NCBI GenBank assembly: GCA_945889315.1
Contig: CAMDBP010000005.1
Span: forward strand, 53 to 64,052
DNA length: 64,000 nucleotides
Source: Chitinophaga pinensis
Lineage (GTDB): Bacteria > Bacteroidota > Bacteroidia > NS11-12g > UBA9320
Reading direction: 5' to 3'
Both the position numbers and the translations under genes were made by a program. The notes below the pieces were generated by a model. It was not told where the DNA came from, did no database searches, and saw only the letters and a list, made by a program, of their open reading frames with translations. This document shows positions 41,429 through 50,234 of this stretch, piece after piece. Each line of letters opens with the position of its first letter. The first letter of the stretch is position 1.

Positions 41429-42640
41429 TTGTCAAAAACAATCGTACACATGGACCTAGACACTTTTTACGTGTCTGTAGAAAGACTACAGGACAATAGG
41501 CTACTAGGCGTGCCTGTACTGCTGGGCGGGGTAGGTGACAGAGGCGTGGTGGCTAGCTGCAGTTATGAGGCTCGCGCCTTTGGTGTGCACAGTGGCATGA
41601 GTATGAAAATGGCTCGACAATTATGTCCTGAAGGAATTGTAGTAAAAGGCGAGTCAGGCACCTACAGCAAGTATTCTAAAATGGTAACCGAAATAATACG
41701 AGAAGATGTGCCCGTACTCGAAAAAAGCAGTATAGACGAGTTTTATCTAGACCTTACCGGAATGGACAAATTCTTTGGGTGCTATAAGCTGGCCAGCCAC
41801 ATACGCGAGCGAATCATCAAAGAAACAGGTTTGCCCATTTCCTTTGGCATGTCTATAAATAAAACCGTAAGCAAAATAGCCACGGGAGAAGCCAAACCCA
41901 ACAACCAGCTAAATATAGACCCAGGATTAGAGAAGCCTTTTCTAGCGCCGCTTCCCGTAGGTAAGATACCGATGATAGGTAAAAAAACTGCTTTTATGCT
42001 AAGCCGCATGGGCGTACAAAAAATATATACGTTACAAGAAATGCCGCTAGAACTGCTGGAAAAAGCCTTTGGCAAAAACGGAAAAATGATGTGGGAAAAA
42101 GCCAATGCCATAGATCATAGCCCGCTCATTCCTTATCACGAAAAAAAGAGCATAAGTGCCGAGCGCACTTTTATGAAAGACACCATAGACGTACGCAAGC
42201 TTAAAGACATGGTAGTAGCCATGGTAGAGCAGTTGGCTTACGAACTCCGCCACGGAAAACGAGTGTGTTCTAATATCAGCATAAAGCTTAGGTACTCTGA
42301 CTTTCAAACCGTGAGCAAACAGAAACAAATACCCTACACTGCCTCAGACCACTCACTTATCGCTCATTCCAAAGAGCTCTTTGACTCATTGTACAGTCGC
42401 CGCGTGCGCATCCGCTTGGTGGGTGTTCGGCTGGGCGACTTAGCTGGCGGCGGGCACCAGATAGACCTTTTTAATGACGACGACAAAATCATAAACCTAT
42501 ACCAAGCCATGGACGCCATGAAAAGCCGCTATGGTGCCAATGCCGTGAGACGTAGCGTGGCTATGGAAGTAAAAGGACTGGGCCGCGGAAATCCTTTTAG
42601 CGGAGAACCCAATGTGGTGCCTGCTCATCGGAATGCCTGA
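41429..42640 (+). CDS. dinB: Y-family DNA polymerase IV
   Basis: HMDLDTFYVSVE, SYEAR.FG, SIDEFYLD, little-finger domain. Confidence 0.95.
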   Translation: MSKTIVHMDLDTFYVSVERLQDNRLLGVPVLLGGVGDRGVVASCSYEARAFGVHSGMSMKMARQLCPEGIVVKGESGTYSKYSKMVTEIIREDVPVLEKSSIDEFYLDLTGMDKFFGCYKLASHIRERIIKETGLPISFGMSINKTVSKIATGEAKPNNQLNIDPGLEKPFLAPLPVGKIPMIGKKTAFMLSRMGVQKIYTLQEMPLELLEKAFGKNGKMMWEKANAIDHSPLIPYHEKKSISAERTFMKDTIDVRKLKDMVVAMVEQLAYELRHGKRVCSNISIKLRYSDFQTVSKQKQIPYTASDHSLIAHSKELFDSLYSRRVRIRLVGVRLGDLAGGGHQIDLFNDDDKIINLYQAMDAMKSRYGANAVRRSVAMEVKGLGRGNPFSGEPNVVPAHRNA

Positions 42641-42694
42641 GGTCTAGTCAACTCTAGTAATTTACAGACGCATTCAGCGAGCAAAAAAAGTAAA

Positions 42695-45679
42695 ATGTAC
42701 CTAAACTGCCACACCTACTACTCTTTCAAATACGGCACTATGTCGCCCAAGGAATTATTGTGCGAGGCCAATTCATCATATAGGAACACGCCTTCGGGGT
42801 GTATTCCTGCAGAAATCAAATTTGCTCTTACCGACATTAACAGCACCTCCGGATGTTTGTATCACGCCATGGAATGCCAAAATCGAGGTTGGCCCGTTAT
42901 ACTCGGTGTGGATTTTCGCACCAAAAATCAGCAAGATTTTATTGCCATAGCCACAGACAACATCGGTTTTCAAAACATCAACTTCTACCTATCAGACCTC
43001 TTGGCCAATAGAAACAAAACGCGAGATCCTATTATTGGAAACGCCTATATTATATACCCGTTTAACAACGCTCCAAAACGTAAACTAAGAGCAAACGAAT
43101 ATGTAGGAGTAAATCATAAAGAACTGTTCGGGTTTCAAAAATATGTCGTCGATTATGAAAAAGAAAAATATGTCGCTTTAAATACCGTCACCTTCCGAAA
43201 TAAAAGGGATTTTAACGCACACCGCCTATTGCGAGCCATTGATAAAAACATGCTGCTCAGTAAATTGCCTTTGGAAGAACAAGGCGAAATGCACCATCAG
43301 TTTTATACCGAAAATGAACTGCGAAGCCTGTATGCTGGTCACGAATACTTGCTAGAAAATACCCAAAAAATGTTGGCAAGTTGTAACCTACGTTTTGACT
43401 TTAACGACAGGGCGAAACTTGCCAATAAAAAAACCTATTCGCAAACCCAAGAACAAGACGAAAAACTGCTACACCATCTGGCAGAAGAAGGACTAAAGTA
43501 CCGCTACAAGAGAAACGTCACTCCCGAAATAACTGAACGGCTACAACGTGAACTTCGAGTGATTAAGCAATGTAACTTTGTTCCCTATTTTTTAATAAAC
43601 CACGGCATCGTAACCTACGCCAGAAGTAAAGGATATTTTTATGTGGGCAGAGGCAGCGGAGCCAATAGCTTGGTGGCTTACTTGCTGCGAATTACCAATG
43701 TAGACCCCATAGAACTCGACCTTTACTTTGAACGATTTATAAACCCAAGCCGTAAGTCTCCTCCTGATTTTGATCTTGATTTTAGTTGGCGAGACAGAAA
43801 TGATGTAACCAAATACATTTTTGACACCTATCCCAATACCGCTTTAATGGGTGCTTTTGTTACATTTCGGGCTAAATCTGTAATCCGCGAAATAGGAAAA
43901 GTACTAGGCTTGCCTGCCGACGAAATAAAAAACATACAACGCGTTCGAGACCCAAATCAATTAGACCATGTTGCTCGCCTATGTCTGCTATACAGCCACT
44001 ACATACACGGGTTTCCAAATCACCTGAGTGTGCACAGCAGCGGCATAGTAATTACCGAAAAACCCATCCAATATTATGGAGCTACGAGCATGCCTCCCAA
44101 GGGCTTTCCTACTGCTCACTTTGATATGCACATAGCAGAAGACGCGGGCATCTACAAATACGATATTCTAGCTCAACGAGGCTTGGGCAAAATAAAAGAT
44201 ACCCTGCAAGTGATTAAGCAAAACCAACCCGATGCCCCTGATTTTGATATAGACGACATCGACCGTTTTAAACAAGATGAAAAAATAAAAGACTTACTCC
44301 GTAGAGGTGACGCTATTGGCTGTTTTTATGTAGAAAGTCCTGCCATGCGAGCGCTTATGAAAAAATTAGAAGTGGATGACTATCGGGGTTTGGTGGCGGC
44401 TAGTTCTATCATACGACCCGGTGTAAGCAACAGTGGCATGATGACTGAATATATAAAACGACACCGAGACCCCGAAGCGCGAAAAGCCACGCACCCAGTT
44501 CTTGCTAAAATACTAAACGACACCTACGGAGTAATGGTGTATCAAGAAGATGTGCTTAAGGTGGCGCATTATTTTGCCGGACTCACGCTAGAAGAGTCGG
44601 ATGTACTAAGGCGCGGCATGAGTTTTAAATTCAGACAAAGAACTGAGTTTAAGGAAATTGAAAAGCTTTTTTTTGACAACTGCGCCGCCAAAGGGTATAA
44701 GCCGAAACTAAGCCAAGAAGTGTGGACACAAATAGAGAGTTTTGCCAGCTATGCTTTTGCCAAGGGGCACTCAGCTAGCTATGCGGTAGAAAGTTACCAA
44801 AGTCTTTTTTTAAAAGCCTACTACCCGCTGGAGTATATGGTAGCTACTATTAACAATTTTGGCGGGTTTTATTGCACGGAGCACTATATACAAGAAGCAC
44901 GGCTAAAAGGGGCGAGCGTAGAAGCTCCGTGTGTGAATGGAAGCCTGTTTATTACCACTATTTGTGGCAAGATCATTAAACTAGGGTTTCAGCACGTGGC
45001 GCAACTAGAGGTTAAAACGGTAAATGCGTTTCTAAAAGAACGTATAAATAACGGCGCCTTTACAGAATTAGACGACTTTGTAAATAGAGTGACCATTAGT
45101 TTAGAGCAGGTCATTATTCTCATTCGCGTAAACGCCTTTCGTTTTAGCCATAAAAGCAAGCATTGGCTGCTATGGAAAGCCCATTTTCTGTTGGCTGAAA
45201 TCAAGACCAGCTTCTCTCACCCTAAGCTATTTGCTTTTCATAACCAAACCAAAAACGTTGCTATTCCAGAACTGGTAGGCGTACCCTACGAAGACCCGAT
45301 GGACGAAATAGACTATTTGGGATTCCCACTCTGCTCACCGTTTGAATTGGTAGATGACGATATGCTTACCCACAAAACAGTAGCTAGCGATTTTACCAAA
45401 TTGCTACATCGCGTCATTACTATAACGGGCTACTTGGTACACATCAAGCGTACCAAAACCAAGGGACGCATAGAACAAGAAATGTTTTTTGGTACCTTTA
45501 TGGACCGTGAAGGTGTTTTTTTTGACAGCGTTCATTTTCCCTTGTCTGCTCAACAATATCCTTTCAGGGGTGGCGGCATTTATACACTTCGCGGCAAGGT
45601 TTCAGAAGACTTCGGGCACATAACGTTAGAAGCTCATTACATGGTAAAAGTACCTTATGGTAAATTGGTGAAGGGGTGA
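42695..45679 (+). CDS. dnaE: DNA polymerase III alpha subunit, dinB-linked (probably error-prone) copy
   Basis: PHP start HTYYS, GRGSGANS, PDFDLD, KYDIL, YAFAKGH, C-terminal OB fold; follows dinB directly. Confidence 0.93.
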   Translation: MYLNCHTYYSFKYGTMSPKELLCEANSSYRNTPSGCIPAEIKFALTDINSTSGCLYHAMECQNRGWPVILGVDFRTKNQQDFIAIATDNIGFQNINFYLSDLLANRNKTRDPIIGNAYIIYPFNNAPKRKLRANEYVGVNHKELFGFQKYVVDYEKEKYVALNTVTFRNKRDFNAHRLLRAIDKNMLLSKLPLEEQGEMHHQFYTENELRSLYAGHEYLLENTQKMLASCNLRFDFNDRAKLANKKTYSQTQEQDEKLLHHLAEEGLKYRYKRNVTPEITERLQRELRVIKQCNFVPYFLINHGIVTYARSKGYFYVGRGSGANSLVAYLLRITNVDPIELDLYFERFINPSRKSPPDFDLDFSWRDRNDVTKYIFDTYPNTALMGAFVTFRAKSVIREIGKVLGLPADEIKNIQRVRDPNQLDHVARLCLLYSHYIHGFPNHLSVHSSGIVITEKPIQYYGATSMPPKGFPTAHFDMHIAEDAGIYKYDILAQRGLGKIKDTLQVIKQNQPDAPDFDIDDIDRFKQDEKIKDLLRRGDAIGCFYVESPAMRALMKKLEVDDYRGLVAASSIIRPGVSNSGMMTEYIKRHRDPEARKATHPVLAKILNDTYGVMVYQEDVLKVAHYFAGLTLEESDVLRRGMSFKFRQRTEFKEIEKLFFDNCAAKGYKPKLSQEVWTQIESFASYAFAKGHSASYAVESYQSLFLKAYYPLEYMVATINNFGGFYCTEHYIQEARLKGASVEAPCVNGSLFITTICGKIIKLGFQHVAQLEVKTVNAFLKERINNGAFTELDDFVNRVTISLEQVIILIRVNAFRFSHKSKHWLLWKAHFLLAEIKTSFSHPKLFAFHNQTKNVAIPELVGVPYEDPMDEIDYLGFPLCSPFELVDDDMLTHKTVASDFTKLLHRVITITGYLVHIKRTKTKGRIEQEMFFGTFMDREGVFFDSVHFPLSAQQYPFRGGGIYTLRGKVSEDFGHITLEAHYMVKVPYGKLVKG

Positions 45680-45949
45680 AGGGTTTTTATCGATTGACAA
45701 AAACGCCTAACATATCGGCTATCTCCAAGACATTACTAAGCCAGTTTACTTACTCCACCACTGCCTTGTGCACTTCTAAAACTCCATCTTTCTGGACTAT
45801 TCTCACAAAAGAAATGCAACCGTCGGGACAAGACAACTCCGGCTCCAAAGGGACATCTAACCAGGCAAAAAGCAGCGCTAAAAGTTCGTTTACACACCAC
45901 GGGGTACAAAAGGCAAGCAGCTTAGCGCCTTTCCACTACATTTGCACTA

Positions 45950-46831
45950 ATGTTCAAAACAGCATTTATTACGATACTAGGCTTACCCAACGCAGGAAAA
46001 TCTACTTTTCTAAATGCGGTACTGGGTGAAGATCTAGTGATTACCAACCCAAAAGCACAGACTACACGTCACCGCATTAAGGGAATACTAAACGATAAAG
46101 ACTACCAACTCGTGTTTTCTGATACACCTGGTATTATTAAAGAATCCGCCTACAGATTACAGGACGCCATGATGGGCGCTGTAAATGAATCATTGGATGA
46201 TGCCGATGTTGTACTGCTTATTTTAGACGGTCAGTTTCCTAAGATTGAAGAGTTTGAAGCTTATAAGGACAAGATTACCTGTCCGTTGGTTATTGCCATG
46301 AATAAGGTGGATCTGGTTCAAGATCAAGAAAAACTACAGGCCGATATAGACAGGGTAAAAGAATACTTCGGCACCGAATTAATATTTGCAGTAAGCGCAA
46401 AAGAAAACTTTAACGTAAGCGGCATTATCGGCGCTCTTGTAAACCTAGCTCCCGAACATCCTGCTTTTTATGATACTGAATCTATTAGCGATGAAAATGT
46501 GCGATTCCTGGTAAGCGAGATGATTCGTGAGCAAATTTTAACGCAATTTAAAAAGGAAATTCCATACAGCGTTGAGGTTAGTGTAACAGAATACAATGAG
46601 AAAGAAAAACTAGACGAAATATATGCTACCATTTTTGTAGAGCGGGACTCACAAAAAGGTATAATGTTAGGCAAAGGTGGCGCTGCAATTAAAAACTTAG
46701 GTATCGCTTCCCGTAAACGCATTGAAGATTTTATAAAAAAGAAAATTTTTCTTTCACTTAGCATTAAGGTAAAAAAAGACTGGCGTACCGACGATCAACA
46801 GTTGCAATACTTTGGTTATATAAAGAAGTAA
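45950..46831 (+). CDS. era: GTPase Era
   Basis: GLPNAGKST, QTTR, DTPG, NKVD, EIPYS, KH domain. Confidence 0.96.
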   Translation: MFKTAFITILGLPNAGKSTFLNAVLGEDLVITNPKAQTTRHRIKGILNDKDYQLVFSDTPGIIKESAYRLQDAMMGAVNESLDDADVVLLILDGQFPKIEEFEAYKDKITCPLVIAMNKVDLVQDQEKLQADIDRVKEYFGTELIFAVSAKENFNVSGIIGALVNLAPEHPAFYDTESISDENVRFLVSEMIREQILTQFKKEIPYSVEVSVTEYNEKEKLDEIYATIFVERDSQKGIMLGKGGAAIKNLGIASRKRIEDFIKKKIFLSLSIKVKKDWRTDDQQLQYFGYIKK

Positions 46832-46842
46832 CTTTTAAACAC

Positions 46843-46850
46843 TACCTTTG
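46843..46850 (+). promoter_or_regulatory. -7 promoter element (TACCTTTG) upstream of der
   Basis: Exact TAnnTTTG match 100 nt before the der ATG. Confidence 0.65.
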
Positions 46851-46950
46851 CGGCCTTGTAAAAGGCACAACTTCTCCTGAAGATCTTCCACAAAATTTTA
46901 CAAAAGGCTGCGGATAGCAGAAACATAGCATTATTAAACAACCTTAAACA

Positions 46951-48255
46951 ATGGCAGGAATAGTAGCGATAGTCGGAAGACCCAACGTCGGAAAATCAAC
47001 TCTTTTTAACAGACTTATTGGTGAGCGTAAAGCAATCGTAGATGACGTAAGTGGCGTAACTCGCGATCGTCACTATGGTAAGAGTGAGTGGATAGGTAAA
47101 GAGTTTACCGTAATAGATACGGGCGGATACGTAAAAGACAGTAAAGATATTTTTGAAAGTCACATTCGTGAACAAGTAATGTTAGCTATTGCTGAAGCGG
47201 ATGTCTTGCTTTTTATGGTAGATGCTGTGTTAGATCCTAGTGATCTGGATATTGCTTTTGCTAAAATTGTGCGCCAAAGTAAGAAACCATACCTCGTTGT
47301 AGCTAATAAAGCGGATAATGATGAGCGGATGTTTATGGCTAATTCTTATTACGCAATGGGTATTGACAACCTTTATCCTCTGTCGTCTCTCTCGGGTAGC
47401 GGAACGGGTGAATTGTTAGACGCTCTTGTTCCTTTATTGCCAGACGGAGACGTAGACACTGAAGATAATGTTCCTAAAATTGCCTTTGTAGGCCGTCCTA
47501 ACGCTGGTAAATCTACCATTTGTAATACGCTTTTAGGTGAAGAGCGAAACATTGTCACGGATATACCCGGAACCACAAGGGACACACTTTTTGTGAGATA
47601 TAAAGCATTTAACCACGATTTATATCTAGTAGACACTGCTGGGGTAAGAAAAAAGAGTAAAGTAAGCGAAGACATTGAGTTCTATTCTGTAATGCGAAGC
47701 ATTCGTGCCATAGAAAATGTAGATGTGGTTGCCATCGTGGTAGATGCCACCAGGGGAATCGAAGCGCAAGACATGAACCTTTTCGGATTGGCCCAAAAAA
47801 ACGGAAAAGGTGTTGTGATTATAATTAACAAATGGGACCTGGTAGAAAAAGACACCAATACAGCCAAAGATTACGAATCTTTAATTAAAGACAAAATAGC
47901 CCCCTTTACAGATGTGCCAATCCTTTTTGTTTCAGCTCTTACCAAACAACGTGTGTTAAAAGCTTTGGATGTGATCATGGAAGTTTATGAAAACATGAAC
48001 ACCAAAATAACCACATCTAAACTAAACGATTTCTTCTTGCCAATAATAGAAAGACAACCACCACCAGCACTAAAGGGAAAATATGTGAAGATAAAGTATA
48101 TTACTCAACTGCCAACAGCGTGTCCCTCTTTTGCATTTTTCTGTAATTTACCGCAATATATTCCGGACAGTTATAAGCGCTTTTTAGAAAATAAATTCAG
48201 GGAACATTACAAGTTTACGGGGATTCCTTTGAGAATTTATTTTCGCAAAAAGTAA
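46951..48255 (+). CDS. der: Ribosome biogenesis GTPase Der (EngA)
   Basis: Two G-domains (GRPNVGKST, GRPNAGKST), GVTRD and GTTRD. Confidence 0.98.
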   Translation: MAGIVAIVGRPNVGKSTLFNRLIGERKAIVDDVSGVTRDRHYGKSEWIGKEFTVIDTGGYVKDSKDIFESHIREQVMLAIAEADVLLFMVDAVLDPSDLDIAFAKIVRQSKKPYLVVANKADNDERMFMANSYYAMGIDNLYPLSSLSGSGTGELLDALVPLLPDGDVDTEDNVPKIAFVGRPNAGKSTICNTLLGEERNIVTDIPGTTRDTLFVRYKAFNHDLYLVDTAGVRKKSKVSEDIEFYSVMRSIRAIENVDVVAIVVDATRGIEAQDMNLFGLAQKNGKGVVIIINKWDLVEKDTNTAKDYESLIKDKIAPFTDVPILFVSALTKQRVLKALDVIMEVYENMNTKITTSKLNDFFLPIIERQPPPALKGKYVKIKYITQLPTACPSFAFFCNLPQYIPDSYKRFLENKFREHYKFTGIPLRIYFRKK

Positions 48256-48330
48256 TCGTTTTGTAGTTTATTACAAAATCATATATTTGCAATCTTATTT
48301 AAATATTTAACAATTAAAATTACGCGTAAC

Positions 48331-48534
48331 ATGAAAAAAATTATTGCTCTATTCGCTATCGTTTCTGTATTCGGATTCGTAGCGTGCAACAACGCAGCTG
48401 AAACTACTGACGAGGCTACAACTGAAGAAACAATGGAAGCTCCTGCTGAAGAAGTAACTGAAGAAGCTCCTGCAACTGAAGAAGCTCCTGCTGAAGTAAC
48501 TGAAGAAGCTCCTGCAACTGAGGAAGCTCACTAA
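48331..48534 (+). CDS. Small acidic Glu/Ala/Pro/Thr-repeat lipoprotein
   Basis: Lipobox FVAC, own TATATTTG promoter and terminator, strongly biased codons. Confidence 0.85.
   Translation: MKKIIALFAIVSVFGFVACNNAAETTDEATTEETMEAPAEEVTEEAPATEEAPAEVTEEAPATEEAH
48436..48529 (+). repeat. Coding tandem repeat (EAPAE(E)VTEEAPATE x2)
   Basis: gaagctcctgctgaa(gaa)gtaactgaagaagctcctgcaactga occurs twice. Confidence 0.9.
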
Positions 48535-48555
48535 GTCAATTTAAATTTTAAATTT

Positions 48556-48586
48556 AAAGGGTTGCTCAATGAGCAACCCTTTTTTT
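48556..48586 (+). terminator. Intrinsic terminator
   Basis: aaagggttgctc-aat-gagcaaccctttttt. Confidence 0.88.
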
Positions 48587-48598
48587 ATATTCGCTTAT

Positions 48599-48787
48599 AT
48601 GAATTATAAATTACTTCTTTTTGTCGCTACATCATTAGCCGCTTGCACAGCAAGCAACACAACTCCCGAGGAAGACGCTATCCAAGAATTAACTGTCGAC
48701 GCAATGCTGAAAAAAGATTCAATACGTGCAGATTCAATGTTGAAATCGCTAATGACCCAACAAGTAGATACCTTGTCTGTTAATTGA
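48599..48787 (+). CDS. Small hypothetical lipoprotein
   Basis: MNYKLLLFVATSLAAC lipobox. ATG 48599 preferred because 48569 lies inside the terminator. Confidence 0.65.
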   Translation: MNYKLLLFVATSLAACTASNTTPEEDAIQELTVDAMLKKDSIRADSMLKSLMTQQVDTLSVN

Positions 48788-48823
48788 AAAGACTCGCCTT
48801 TTACAGCATAATAGACGGCATTT

Positions 48824-49831
48824 TTACAAGCAACTAAATTGTTCCAAAAATCTCTTGTCACTATTAAAAAATGTGCGAAGATCCTTTACGCCGAATTTTA
48901 ACATCGCCATTCTATCCACCCCGAGACCAAACGCAAAACCTGAATATATCGACGTATCTATTTTGCAATTTTCTAAAACATTAGGATCTACCATGCCACA
49001 CCCTAAAATTTCAAGCCATCCTGTTCCTTTTGTTAATCTATAATCTGATTCCGTTTCAAGACCTAAATAAATGTCCATTTCTGCACTTGGCTCAGTAAAT
49101 GGGAAATAAGATGCCCTAAATCTTACCCGGGTATTTTGTCCAAAAAATTCTTGGACAAAATTATATAGCGTTTGTTTTAGGTCTGAGAAAGAAACTCCTT
49201 TATCTATATATAAACCTTCAACCTGATGGAAAAAACAGTTAGAACGGGCTGAAATAGCCTCATTTCTATAAACACGTCCCGGCATTATACTTCTTATAGG
49301 TAAAGTACCTTCTTCCATTAGTCTTACTTGTACAGACGATGTGTGGGTGCGTAATGCAATATCATCCTCTACAAAGAAAGTATCTTGCATGTCTCTAGCA
49401 GGATGATTATCTGGAAAATTTAATGCTGAAAAATTGTGCCAATCATCTTCTATCTCAGGCCCTGTAGAAACGGAAAACCCTAGCCGTTCAAAAATTAATG
49501 TCATTTCATCAATAATTGAAGTTATAGGATGTCTACTTCCCACCTCAGTGTAATAACCAGGTAAAGGATCACTTTTATAATCTATACTCTTTAATTCTTC
49601 TAAAAACAATTGTGCATCAAGATAAACTTGCTCAACTTTTAACTTAAGTATATTTAAGTCTTTACCTATGACTTTTTTTTCTTCATTAGTTAAATTTTTA
49701 AAATCAACAAATAACTGATTTACTAAACCTTTCTTTACTAAAAATTTTAGTTTATAAGCTTCAAGCTCCTCTTTGCTCGTTATTGCAAATTTTTCTACGT
49801 CGCTAATTATTTTATTAATCTGATCTTTCAT
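48824..49831 (-). CDS. pheS: Phenylalanine--tRNA ligase alpha subunit
   Basis: HPARDMQDTF, LRTHTS, FHQVEG, FPFTEPS, GFAFGLG. Confidence 0.98.
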   Translation of the reverse strand: MKDQINKIISDVEKFAITSKEELEAYKLKFLVKKGLVNQLFVDFKNLTNEEKKVIGKDLNILKLKVEQVYLDAQLFLEELKSIDYKSDPLPGYYTEVGSRHPITSIIDEMTLIFERLGFSVSTGPEIEDDWHNFSALNFPDNHPARDMQDTFFVEDDIALRTHTSSVQVRLMEEGTLPIRSIMPGRVYRNEAISARSNCFFHQVEGLYIDKGVSFSDLKQTLYNFVQEFFGQNTRVRFRASYFPFTEPSAEMDIYLGLETESDYRLTKGTGWLEILGCGMVDPNVLENCKIDTSIYSGFAFGLGVDRMAMLKFGVKDLRTFFNSDKRFLEQFSCL

Positions 49832-50234
49832 TTAACCCCACAAAGAAAACAAACTCTTCTGTTCGTTACAAGTAAATACGTTTACACACTTTCTGTTAGT
49901 TATTTTTTAAATTATAATTTTAAATTAATAGTAGTAGTATAAGTGTGTGTTGATACGGTGATATTAAAATTATGATTTATGGAATTAAACATATAGTTAA
50001 CATTATAAAATTTTATAAATAGTTTATAATGAATGAATTAACATAATTATTAGTTTATGTTTATATATTAAATAACATGTAAATGTTAATAATACTGATG
50101 TGTAAAATAGTGTTGGATTATGTTAGTATATACGGTAAGATAAATATGAGTGAGTGGATAATAAATATAAGATGATGTATTTATGAGTTATAACCCGCTA
50201 ATAACACAGTATGTTAATAATAATGTTATTAAAT
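49832..50234. other. Probable chromosomal replication origin (oriC)
   Basis: Gene-free and very AT-rich. DnaA-trio-like TAATAGTAGTAGTAT at 49926-49940 beside DnaA-box-like TGTTGATAC (49948); further boxes at 50084, 50153 and 50212. mnmG and parS sites nearby. Confidence 0.8.

Noticed and set aside
45676-46029. 117-aa ORF as a gene
   Set aside because: No recognisable motif; overlaps era and its promoter. Kept only as an unexplained spacer.
48436-48529. Direct repeats as a CRISPR array
   Set aside because: In-frame coding repeat with no unique spacers and no cas genes.
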